Virus record (IMG/VR): IMGVR_UViG_3300007735_000690
Location: 1 to 37,225 of that record
DNA length: 37,225 bases
Origin: a virus
Lineage: Duplodnaviria > Caudoviricetes
Reading direction: 5' to 3' (one strand)
Shown here: piece after piece, positions 1 to 7,240 of the stretch
Layout: each line of letters starts with the position of its first letter
Numbering within the stretch: the stretch's first letter is position 1
The notes under the pieces: generated by a model
The model's input: the letters and a program-made list of their open reading frames with translations, nothing else
Told to the model about the DNA's origin: nothing
Databases searched by the model: none
Program-made: the position numbers and the translations under genes

Positions 1-119
1 ACGCTTTGTCTCCAGTGCTTGGCGCAGGGCGTCCATTGCACCATCGATCTCCGCTGGCAGGCAGATGGCGTTTTCACCAATACTCAACTTGTTGATTTCC
101 ACCAAAGCCTCTAGCGCCA
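1..119. repeat. Terminal direct repeat (left copy); circular assembly overlap
   Basis: 1-119 (acgctttgtc...ctagcgcca) is identical to 37107-37225, and an ORF reads in frame across the join. Confidence 0.95.
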
Positions 120-141
120 TCTGCATAGCTTCTCTATCCAT
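1..141 (-). CDS. 5' part of a hypothetical protein spanning the circular junction (joins 36957-37106)
   Basis: ATG at 141 overlaps the end of ORF 134-460 and reads MDREAMQMALEALVEINKLS...ALETKR, continuing into EWVGLTADEI... at the other end of the window. Confidence 0.8.
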   Translation of the reverse strand, partial: MDREAMQMALEALVEINKLSIGENAICLPAEIDGAMDALRQALETKR

Positions 142-460
142 GATTCTTCTCCCGCAGCTTGGCTTCAATGGCTCTTGCAAAAGTCGTATCAGTCCAATCC
201 GCAGTCCAATCTCGGCTATAACGAACGCTGTTTATTTCCTCATCCGTCAGACCAACCCATTCTCGCTTTGGTGGTGCGGTGTACAGTGGTACATCGTCTG
301 GGTTATATCCGATCAGGTTGCCTTCTTCATCAAACTTTGATGATTGATACCACCAAAGTTCCCCCTTGCCTCCATCGGTAATCCACGCCACCGGCTCTTG
401 CTTTTCTTCCAGTGCCTGGCAGCAATGCCCACAGCGTGGACACTCAAAGTCTTGATTCAT
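134..460 (-). CDS. Hypothetical phage protein (CPRCGHCC N-terminus; EWVGLTDEEI...AIEAKLREKN module)
   Basis: ATGA overlap with the upstream gene, GGGGGTG RBS, and modular motifs shared with the junction-spanning gene. Confidence 0.75.
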   Translation of the reverse strand: MNQDFECPRCGHCCQALEEKQEPVAWITDGGKGELWWYQSSKFDEEGNLIGYNPDDVPLYTAPPKREWVGLTDEEINSVRYSRDWTADWTDTTFARAIEAKLREKNHG

Positions 461-1092
461 CGATCACCCCCGAAAAGTTTTTGGACAATAAAGCAATTGC
501 CATCCGTAAATGATGGCGGGAAACCCCTAGCGCCTAACGTGTTTGGCAGCGTTCCATAAACACGGAAAGCAGACGGATTCAGTGCTTCACTAATATCGTT
601 CACGGCTTGCTTTACCTCTGGCGAATACTTTTCATCGTTGTAATCATCAAAAACTATCCACCCGCCAGGCACTACAAGTTGGCTGTACATTTCCCAATCT
701 TGCTTGACGCCATTACCCGTGTGATCACCGTCGATAAAAAGTGCATCAACACTTAAATCGCTAACACGCTCAAATGTCTCTTTTTGGTGGGAATCGCCAA
801 GTACATAACGAAAAGTGTTTTTATTGGGATTGTTCGCTTTGACGTTTTCCTCAACAACCGATTGCGGAATTGGAGCGCCAACATCAATACTGACTGCGTG
901 CATCCGATCTTTTTGCAGCATCAAAATCGCGCTTGCCCCGGCATAGCAACCAATCTCCAAGTAAGTTGGCCGATGTACGCCAGGCAACGGCAAGTCATAA
1001 AGAATATGAAAATGATGATGAAATGTTTGGTTTCCTATGCGATCAGAAATGCGCCTAACGATCTCTAACGATTCAATCGTTGGCGTAATCAT
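457..1092 (-). CDS. Class I SAM-dependent methyltransferase (Methyltransf_24-like)
   Basis: YLEIGCYAGAS motif I, LFIDGDH, LVVPGGWIVFDDY. Confidence 0.85.
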   Translation of the reverse strand: MITPTIESLEIVRRISDRIGNQTFHHHFHILYDLPLPGVHRPTYLEIGCYAGASAILMLQKDRMHAVSIDVGAPIPQSVVEENVKANNPNKNTFRYVLGDSHQKETFERVSDLSVDALFIDGDHTGNGVKQDWEMYSQLVVPGGWIVFDDYNDEKYSPEVKQAVNDISEALNPSAFRVYGTLPNTLGARGFPPSFTDGNCFIVQKLFGGDR

Positions 1093-1730
1093 CGATCACC
1101 CCCAAACGCGTAAATTGGAAACTTAGACAAATCCGGGTAGCTCATCTCAATGTCCTCCATCACCTTTGGCGAACCATCACGATGCCAAAATTGATTCATG
1201 AGCAATAAGCCACGCGCCGCCACGTCCGGCATCATGTAAAAGTTCCAACCGATCATGTCGAAATGATCGTCGTGATAGGAACACTCACGCCGCCCACTGA
1301 AACGCGCACGCTTAAACCACAGCATGGCGGCATAGTCATCAGTGAGAATCGCACCGCCCTTGCCTAGCTTTAGGTGCTTATAAGGCCCAGTGAACGACAC
1401 GCACATATGCGAGCCTTTGACATACATATTGGAGGTAAACGAAAGCGCAGCATCCCACACACGCGTAGGTGCTAATTGATACGCGCCCTTAATCGTTCTT
1501 CCTTCAACCGGATAAAAGTCAACCTTCGCGCCGGCATGAATCACTTCGCAAGGCACGCCTGGATAAGTTCTTGCCGGTAGCCTAATCGTCGTTCCCGCCA
1601 CACGTTCATAGGTCAACGCTAAGAACAAAGCGTTGCAGCAGTTATCTACCGCCACGCAGTATGGTGCGCCGGTGTATTCGGCAACCTTTTCTTCAAACGA
1701 TTCCGTTATTTTGTAAACGCCATCCGCCAT
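1089..1730 (-). CDS. DegT/DnrJ/EryC1/StrS-family PLP-dependent sugar aminotransferase (short form)
   Basis: FEEKVAEYTGAPYCVAVDNCCNALFLAL, DAA, SFTGPYKHL (PLP Lys), GKGGAILTDD, GWNFYM; only 213 aa. Confidence 0.85.
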   Translation of the reverse strand: MADGVYKITESFEEKVAEYTGAPYCVAVDNCCNALFLALTYERVAGTTIRLPARTYPGVPCEVIHAGAKVDFYPVEGRTIKGAYQLAPTRVWDAALSFTSNMYVKGSHMCVSFTGPYKHLKLGKGGAILTDDYAAMLWFKRARFSGRRECSYHDDHFDMIGWNFYMMPDVAARGLLLMNQFWHRDGSPKVMEDIEMSYPDLSKFPIYAFGGDR

Positions 1731-1748
1731 GTCATCCCCTTAAGAGTC

Positions 1749-1779
1749 AAAAAATCCCGGCCTAAAAAGACCGGGTTTT
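1749..1779 (-). terminator. Rho-independent terminator after the putative SSB
   Basis: Minus strand AAAACCCGG-TCTTTTTAGG-CCGGGA followed by TTTTTT. Confidence 0.7.
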
Positions 1780-1795
1780 GTGAATAAGTGATTAC

Positions 1796-2332
1796 TTAAA
1801 ACTCTTCACCTTTTGCAGGCGCAGCGGCCACAGGCTCCGGCGCAGCAACGGGCGCAGCGCCCGCATCATCTGCTGGCCTTGGTGCCCAACCCGTGATGTT
1901 CCACTTGGGCTTGCGCGTGTTGCCTTTGCCAACCTTCATGGCCTCGGCGCCCACATACTCAATGATCGGCAACTTGCCAGCGTTCGCATTGCGATCCTTG
2001 GCGGCTGCCGTGTAAAGCGCTTCCAGTCCCATGTTTGGCCCTGCGCCATTCGATGACCATTCAACCCAACCCATTTCGCGGCTGAAAAAACGCACCACGA
2101 ACCCGCGCTTATGCGCATCGCTTGGCTTTTGGCCCTGCCTGCCTAACTCTTGATCGGGTTGCCAATCACGCACACCGGCTTCAAGCAACAACCAACCTGT
2201 TTGCACGTTGTCAATGTCAAACAACATTTTTTTTAATTGGATTTCCTGACCCGTCTTGTCGCTCCACATATTCATCGATGGAGAGAAACGAATATACGGA
2301 AGTCCTGATCCACCACCTGTAAGTCCTAGCAT
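1796..2332 (-). CDS. Putative single-stranded DNA-binding protein
   Basis: Lies directly downstream of the exonuclease; beta-rich core, Ala/Pro linker and acidic-aromatic tail (GEEF). Function is inferred. Confidence 0.55.
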   Translation of the reverse strand: MLGLTGGGSGLPYIRFSPSMNMWSDKTGQEIQLKKMLFDIDNVQTGWLLLEAGVRDWQPDQELGRQGQKPSDAHKRGFVVRFFSREMGWVEWSSNGAGPNMGLEALYTAAAKDRNANAGKLPIIEYVGAEAMKVGKGNTRKPKWNITGWAPRPADDAGAAPVAAPEPVAAAPAKGEEF

Positions 2333-2348
2333 GTCAAAGTTTCCTATT

Positions 2349-3419
2349 TCAAAGTGAGGTCAAATTTGGCGCGGGTTTGCGCCCAAGTGTTAAGCCACTT
2401 GATTCAGCGGTGACCTTATCCGCGAATTCCTGATAAAGATTTGGGTATTTCTTTTCTAACTGCGCGGGCGTAATAGGCACTGTTTTTACAGCACCTTTGT
2501 GCGCACTCAGCAATCCCGCCATCAGCTCATCGCTTTGCCATTTGCGCGTTGCACGCTTCGGTACAAGCGTCCAATCATGCAACTCACGCCCTGCTTGCAG
2601 CGCGTTTGTAACGCGCTCTTTGATGGCCTCGATTGTGTGCAGCGCATCGTCCGCCACGTTCATCATGGCGTTCAATTCCTCTTCCGTAGCTTCATCAATT
2701 TGCTTTGGCGTTACTCCGGCAAAACTTTCTACCCTGGCAATCTTTTCCGGGCACTTTGACCTGGCCGGGCACCAGCGGCAGTGCTCACCTTCATTGGTTG
2801 GCGGGAACGGTGCCAACGTGTCGCGCAATGCCGGTTCCAACACGTTGGCGGACCAATCAATGAGTTCAGCCTTCGTCATGAACGCCAAACTGATCTGCGG
2901 TTCCTGCGTTGGCTGAATGATTGCAAGCGTAATGTTCTTAACGCTTGCCGGTGCCTTTTCCAATGCGCCTAGCGCGTAAATCTTAAGTTGCGGACCTTCA
3001 ACATCCACCTTAATGCGACCAGTTTTAAGGTCTCCAACAACCAGGTCAACATCGTTAAAGCAAACAAGATCGGCAGTGCCGTACACATCAGCGCCAGCGT
3101 AATTAGGAATCCTAAGACGTTCTTCGATGAGGCAAGCACTTTCCATGCGCTTTTCCAGTTCGCCCGCAAAGTCCGTATAGACCTCGGCCCAAGACGCCAT
3201 CTCTTCGCTAATCGCAACACCTTCAAATTCCTTTCCAACAAATGTATGTGGCGCTGAACCTGTCAGCATCACCGTTTCCGCTAATGCGTGCACCGCTGTT
3301 CCAATCTTTGCAGCCTCTCCTGCTTCGCGTGGCGGCACGCCTCGTGAGAGTTTGATCGATGCCGGGCACGCTATCCATCGCTCGGCGGCTGATGGTGACC
3401 ATTCTGAGTGTGCGTTCAT
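2349..3419 (-). CDS. DUF2800-like PD-(D/E)XK (Cas4-like) exonuclease
   Basis: HSEWSPSAAERWIACPAS, GTAVHALAE, GTAD...GDLKTG, QLKIYALGA, HCRWCPARSKCP. Confidence 0.85.
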   Translation of the reverse strand: MNAHSEWSPSAAERWIACPASIKLSRGVPPREAGEAAKIGTAVHALAETVMLTGSAPHTFVGKEFEGVAISEEMASWAEVYTDFAGELEKRMESACLIEERLRIPNYAGADVYGTADLVCFNDVDLVVGDLKTGRIKVDVEGPQLKIYALGALEKAPASVKNITLAIIQPTQEPQISLAFMTKAELIDWSANVLEPALRDTLAPFPPTNEGEHCRWCPARSKCPEKIARVESFAGVTPKQIDEATEEELNAMMNVADDALHTIEAIKERVTNALQAGRELHDWTLVPKRATRKWQSDELMAGLLSAHKGAVKTVPITPAQLEKKYPNLYQEFADKVTAESSGLTLGRKPAPNLTSL

Positions 3420-3802
3420 GACTTTTTCCTCTTGTGTTTAAGTTTTAATTTTTTGCGTTTTAGCTTGCGCTCTTCGTGATGCAAGATTCGGTGACAGTTG
3501 GAGCAAACCGCAATACACTTTTTGATTTCCTCGAAGGCTTTTCCGTAAGACCCTGCCGTGACAAGCGCATTGATGTTTCGTTTTGGCGGCGTTCGATCAA
3601 CGTGGTGAAAGTCAATGACCGCTTCGTGCTGTATGCCGCACCGCTCGCAATGAAGTGATGCTTTGTATGCTCGCCACTTTGCACGCAATACGCGGTTTGA
3701 CGCGACACTTGCCTTGATTGTTTTTTCTCGATTTCGCTCGTAATACTTTCGAGCATAAATCTTTTGCTTGGCGGTTCTAGTCTTCGGGTCTTTGTACGGC
3801 AA
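3416..3802 (-). CDS. HNH endonuclease
   Basis: CERCG...DFHH...KCIAVCSNCHRILH zinc-finger HNH motif; TTG start. Confidence 0.8.
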   Translation of the reverse strand: MPYKDPKTRTAKQKIYARKYYERNREKTIKASVASNRVLRAKWRAYKASLHCERCGIQHEAVIDFHHVDRTPPKRNINALVTAGSYGKAFEEIKKCIAVCSNCHRILHHEERKLKRKKLKLKHKRKKS

Positions 3803-4220
3803 AAGCCTTCCTCCAATACAACGTATTGGGCGAGCCCCAAGGATCGTCTGGCTCGAACATCCTGAAGCCTGTGGCGATCAACGCGTTGGCAGACGCCACA
3901 TTGTCCGTCGTATCTGTAATGGCCTGCGTTAAACCTAAGTCCTTGGCGAACTTCAAACGCTCTCGAATCAATTTCTTTTGCAGCCCCCGGCCACGAAACG
4001 CCTCCAGCGTACCGGCCCTGGCTAAGTATGCGGCTTGCGGTGTTTTGCTGGATTGCAGCATGGCGGCAAACCCTGCTAACCGACCGTCGCAATACGCCAT
4101 CCACCACCAACCGTTCTTGGGGCTTAGGACCGTATCCAATGGCAAGCACTCTTTTTGAAGAAAGCGTATGGCTTGCTCCGTGGTTTGGGACATTTCCACA
4201 ACCCGCTTGATCCGAAACAT
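3777..4220 (-). CDS. GNAT-family acetyltransferase
   Basis: FRGRGLQKKLI acetyl-CoA loop and NVASANALIATGF motif B. Confidence 0.85.
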   Translation of the reverse strand: MFRIKRVVEMSQTTEQAIRFLQKECLPLDTVLSPKNGWWWMAYCDGRLAGFAAMLQSSKTPQAAYLARAGTLEAFRGRGLQKKLIRERLKFAKDLGLTQAITDTTDNVASANALIATGFRMFEPDDPWGSPNTLYWRKAFAVQRPED

Positions 4221-4243
4221 GAAGCATCCTCGTGAACTCCTCG

Positions 4244-4272
4244 ATTATGCTATAAGTCTTGTGTCGTTTCAA
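4244..4272 (-). promoter_or_regulatory. Candidate sigma70-type promoter upstream of the GNAT-HNH-exonuclease-SSB genes
   Basis: TTGAAA (4272-4267), 17-nt spacer, CATAAT (4249-4244), followed by GAGGAG/GAGGA RBS-like motifs. Confidence 0.5.
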
Positions 4273-4495
4273 CGAAACGCTCAAGCACCCAAGTGCGCAT
4301 CCACAACGGGCGCATGGTCTGTTTGGCGTGCCGCTCTTCAAGCCATGTCGTTGTCCTTGTTATGCCTCCAGGTGCAACCCAGTGATAGGGTTTGACGTAG
4401 TGCGGCACATAGGGCATACCCTCCAACATGTATACGGGCATGGGATGCAATTCTGCTTTCTTGTCGCTGTTGTTGATGTTCATTTGCCTTGCCAT
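4250..4495 (-). CDS. Hypothetical protein
   Basis: Fills the gap in the minus-strand operon and overlaps the upstream stop. Confidence 0.6.
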   Translation of the reverse strand: MARQMNINNSDKKAELHPMPVYMLEGMPYVPHYVKPYHWVAPGGITRTTTWLEERHAKQTMRPLWMRTWVLERFVETTQDL

Positions 4496-5163
4496 TTATC
4501 TAAGTAGCGCTGCGCTGATTCTTTCCACGTCGGACCCATCAAGCCTTGACTGTGATGGATGGCGGAAATCGATGACACATAAATTGACAAACCTTTCTCT
4601 GTGAATTGGCGGCAAATATCCATGTCGTAATGATGAAAGGTGAATTGCTCATCAAACCTTATATCGTTGTCATGAAACGTCTTCGAGTAAGCCGCCATAA
4701 ACAAACCGTCAATCAGAGACACTTGACGATTAGGCGATGCAAACACATCCCAACTTGTCAAATACTCGCCGTTGCCACGCGCTACGCAACCGGCCCATGC
4801 CTGGCGATCCGATAACGTGCCTTCCATGTCCGTGATCGCCCATGATGTTTGACCTGGTGATGGTTGACAGTTACCCGCCAATCCAACCAGGTGATGATCA
4901 TCGAGTGACGCGCCCAGGCGCATGTACCAGTACCAATCAACAATCTCAACGTCATCGTGCACAAACACGAGTAACGCCGGATCGTTCTTGGCGGCTTCGA
5001 TCGCTTCGTTATAGCGTTGGCACAATCCTGCCGTGTTGTTAGTGAACAGTTGCGCCTCAATAAATGACAGATGCGCAAAGCGCTGAATCGTTACACCTAG
5101 CGGTGTTCCTGCAAAATCTTTTCTGTTATGGCGAGTGCACGCCACAATCCTTATCGGTATCAT
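4480..5163 (-). CDS. Glycosyltransferase-like protein (GT-A fold, Glyco_tranf_2_5-like)
   Basis: RYNEAIE, LVFVHDDVEI, LVGLAG, LIDGLFMA, RFDEQFTFHHYDMDIC. Confidence 0.8.
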   Translation of the reverse strand: MIPIRIVACTRHNRKDFAGTPLGVTIQRFAHLSFIEAQLFTNNTAGLCQRYNEAIEAAKNDPALLVFVHDDVEIVDWYWYMRLGASLDDHHLVGLAGNCQPSPGQTSWAITDMEGTLSDRQAWAGCVARGNGEYLTSWDVFASPNRQVSLIDGLFMAAYSKTFHDNDIRFDEQFTFHHYDMDICRQFTEKGLSIYVSSISAIHHSQGLMGPTWKESAQRYLDKWQGK

Positions 5164-5822
5164 TCAATCCCCCATTGTTCTAAATAGTGTGGCCTGTGTG
5201 ATTTCATCCACGGCAATGACTGCTGAAGATTCGATTGCATGTCAACGCCAATCGTCATTGACCCAACGTGGTGGATGTAGCTACGGCTAATCCAATGGCT
5301 AAAGCCAAGTGCCACAAGGTCAGCGCACATCACATCATCGCTAAACCAATTCAATGGCGGAAACGGTGCTTGCTCATACGCTAGGCGCGGCAACCATGCA
5401 AATAAAGGCGATACCACTTTGTTTTTCTTAACCGCGCCTTCGCCCTTCCAACGCATACCAACAAACTGGTCCCTATCGTCTCGCGGTATGCGAATGTTTT
5501 GCGAAGGGCGCACATAGTCGGATCGCGCTGCAACGAGTCCCAACTTAGGACCACACAATTTCTTTAACGCTTCAACATCTTCCATGAGCAATCGCAACGA
5601 GTAAGGCGCAAGCACAATGTCATCGTTGGCGATGATTACGCCATCGTCGTCGTTTGACATGAAACGCTCAATGGCCCTGTTGTAATCATCACCAAACGTT
5701 GGCCCTTTTCCGTTCTCAATGCAAAGGTCAACTTCTGGCGCATAAGCATCAACACTTGCCGCCAAAACGTGTAACGATCCCTTATCAGGCTTGATCGTTG
5801 ACACAATCATTTTTATGCCCAT
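5160..5822 (-). CDS. GT2-like glycosyltransferase
   Basis: TFGDDYNRAI, IIANDDIVL, NWFSDDVMC, YIHHVGSMTIG; start taken at MGIKMIV. Confidence 0.7.
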   Translation of the reverse strand: MGIKMIVSTIKPDKGSLHVLAASVDAYAPEVDLCIENGKGPTFGDDYNRAIERFMSNDDDGVIIANDDIVLAPYSLRLLMEDVEALKKLCGPKLGLVAARSDYVRPSQNIRIPRDDRDQFVGMRWKGEGAVKKNKVVSPLFAWLPRLAYEQAPFPPLNWFSDDVMCADLVALGFSHWISRSYIHHVGSMTIGVDMQSNLQQSLPWMKSHRPHYLEQWGIE

Positions 5823-5974
5823 TCGCCAATCCTCTTTAGGCACTCGAGTGCGCGGCGGCGAACAACAGAATCGTTAAAGCGTCCATAGCTTTCTAAACCT
5901 TTGAGCGTTTCGACACAATCCGCCAGATTCTCTAGCGCAATGTTCAAACGCTTTTCAAGTTCGCCAACTTCCAC
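5813..5974 (-). CDS. Hypothetical coiled-coil protein (start uncertain; ORF open to 6175)
   Basis: GTG immediately after the stop of 5976-6188; helical sequence ELEKRLNIALENL. Confidence 0.5.
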   Translation of the reverse strand: MEVGELEKRLNIALENLADCVETLKGLESYGRFNDSVVRRRALECLKRIGEWA

Positions 5975-5975
5975 G

Positions 5976-6188
5976 TTAGCTTTTGGCGTTCGACCCTTTT
6001 TCGGTGCTATCGCCTCGAAACCAAACGTATCGTCCGCCTGATGCTCTAAGTGGGCAGTCTCTTCCTTGATTACAGTACCCGTTGCAGCAATCGTTATTTT
6101 TTGTTCCATTGCGATCCCTTTCAGGTTTGCGAGACAGTGCTCGCCATAAAGCGTTAAGTGAAAAGTTTTTAACAAAAGGCATCTTCAT
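5976..6188 (-). CDS. Small Cys-motif hypothetical protein
   Basis: ATGA coupling to the upstream gene; CCNGYCNQGRDCPLR motif typical of small phage proteins. Confidence 0.6.
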   Translation of the reverse strand: MKMPFVKNFSLNALWRALSRKPERDRNGTKNNDCCNGYCNQGRDCPLRASGGRYVWFRGDSTEKGSNAKS

Positions 6189-6436
6189 CGCTGCAACAAG
6201 TAGCGTGCAATCTGTCCAAGCATCAAGACACCGCCCAAGTAAAGCGAACCAAGCAAAAGCAACTTGGCTTGCCTGTCGCGTATGGCGTAAGCCGGCACGC
6301 GCTTAAACGTGTAGATACTCTGTATCCACAATTGATCGTCCGCCAAATAATTGGGCTTTGGCGGCTCATAGGCTGATCCAATCCTTGGTCGATCAACGAC
6401 AACCACGGTTTCACCATCGCGTTGGATCAGCATCAC
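6185..6436 (-). CDS. Hypothetical membrane-anchored protein
   Basis: Overlap-coupled; RIGSAYEPP motif; C-terminal hydrophobic helix. Confidence 0.65.
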   Translation of the reverse strand: MMLIQRDGETVVVVDRPRIGSAYEPPKPNYLADDQLWIQSIYTFKRVPAYAIRDRQAKLLLLGSLYLGGVLMLGQIARYLLQR

Positions 6437-6624
6437 ATGATCCTTTGCAAAACGTTGTAAGCATGGCTGCGAACCTGATCAGACACTTGACCGCCAAGGC
6501 GTTCAACGTCGGTTAGCTCGCCAATGAACTGCCTAGCGGTGCGCAACTTGCGATCTGAATCGGCTGCGATTTGGCGGGTATACGCCAACAATTCTTTCAA
6601 GTTTTCCACTTCCTGTGTTTTCAT
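6433..6624 (-). CDS. Hypothetical protein
   Basis: AGGAG RBS upstream of the ATG; in operon. Confidence 0.7.
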   Translation of the reverse strand: MKTQEVENLKELLAYTRQIAADSDRKLRTARQFIGELTDVERLGGQVSDQVRSHAYNVLQRIM

Positions 6625-6632
6625 AGTGACTC

Positions 6633-7109
6633 CTATTGCATCGAACCATACAAAGCGATCAAGGCAGCGTCTGCCCGTCCGTTGTCCTTGACACGGCTAA
6701 ACGCTGAACTCATTTCTGGAAACATTTGCATCGCCAGGGCGCGCGCACCTTCCTTGCCACCTGTTAAGCGCACAGCGCGTTGCCATGTCATTGGCGGTAC
6801 AAAGTGATAGCGAATCTTGAGGCTTGCGAGTACGCCTTCCACGTTACCGAGCGAGCGTCCAAAGTTGAACATCGACGTTACGCCTTGTCCTGGCATGGCG
6901 GACACTTGCTCAATGAAGCATTCGCACTCATGGTCGATCAAGAATGCCGCCAACTCCGTATGGAGTTCGTGCGGCGCGACAAAGCGTTTTACTGACTTGC
7001 CTACCTTACGTTCAACCGTAGGCATGTCAAACACGCTCACAAGTTTCTGACCTTGAACGGCTGCAATCGCGCCGCTCAACCCTGGATCGATGCCGAGAAT
7101 GATTTTCAT
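6633..7109 (-). CDS. RuvC-like Holliday junction resolvase
   Basis: ILGIDPGLSGAIA, FIEQV, SMFNFG, DNGRADAALIALYG; start taken at MKII. Confidence 0.85.
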   Translation of the reverse strand: MKIILGIDPGLSGAIAAVQGQKLVSVFDMPTVERKVGKSVKRFVAPHELHTELAAFLIDHECECFIEQVSAMPGQGVTSMFNFGRSLGNVEGVLASLKIRYHFVPPMTWQRAVRLTGGKEGARALAMQMFPEMSSAFSRVKDNGRADAALIALYGSMQ

Positions 7110-7135
7110 GGTTTGCAATCATGCACCATGTTTAC

Positions 7136-7154
7136 GAAATGGTTAGACCATTTC
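7136..7154. promoter_or_regulatory. Operator-like palindrome upstream of the resolvase operon
   Basis: GAAATGGT-TAG-ACCATTTC, perfect 8-bp arms, in the intergenic region. Confidence 0.45.
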
Positions 7155-7166
7155 AGACGAACGGTC

Positions 7167-7193
7167 AAAAAAAAGCCGCCATCGGTAGGCGGC
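7167..7193 (-). terminator. Rho-independent terminator ending the virion operon
   Basis: Minus strand GCCGCC-TACCGAT-GGCGGC followed by T8. Confidence 0.85.
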
Positions 7194-7240
7194 AAACACT
7201 CTCAGGGGGAGAATGACACAGGAGGAGTCCAGATGGTAGT

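Noticed and set aside
2349-3419. Cas4-like nuclease as evidence of a CRISPR system
   Set aside because: No array or other cas genes were seen. It sits in a standard phage recombination context.
3460-4341. 293-aa minus-strand ORF
   Set aside because: It overlaps the motif-bearing GNAT and HNH genes in another frame and has no recognisable features.
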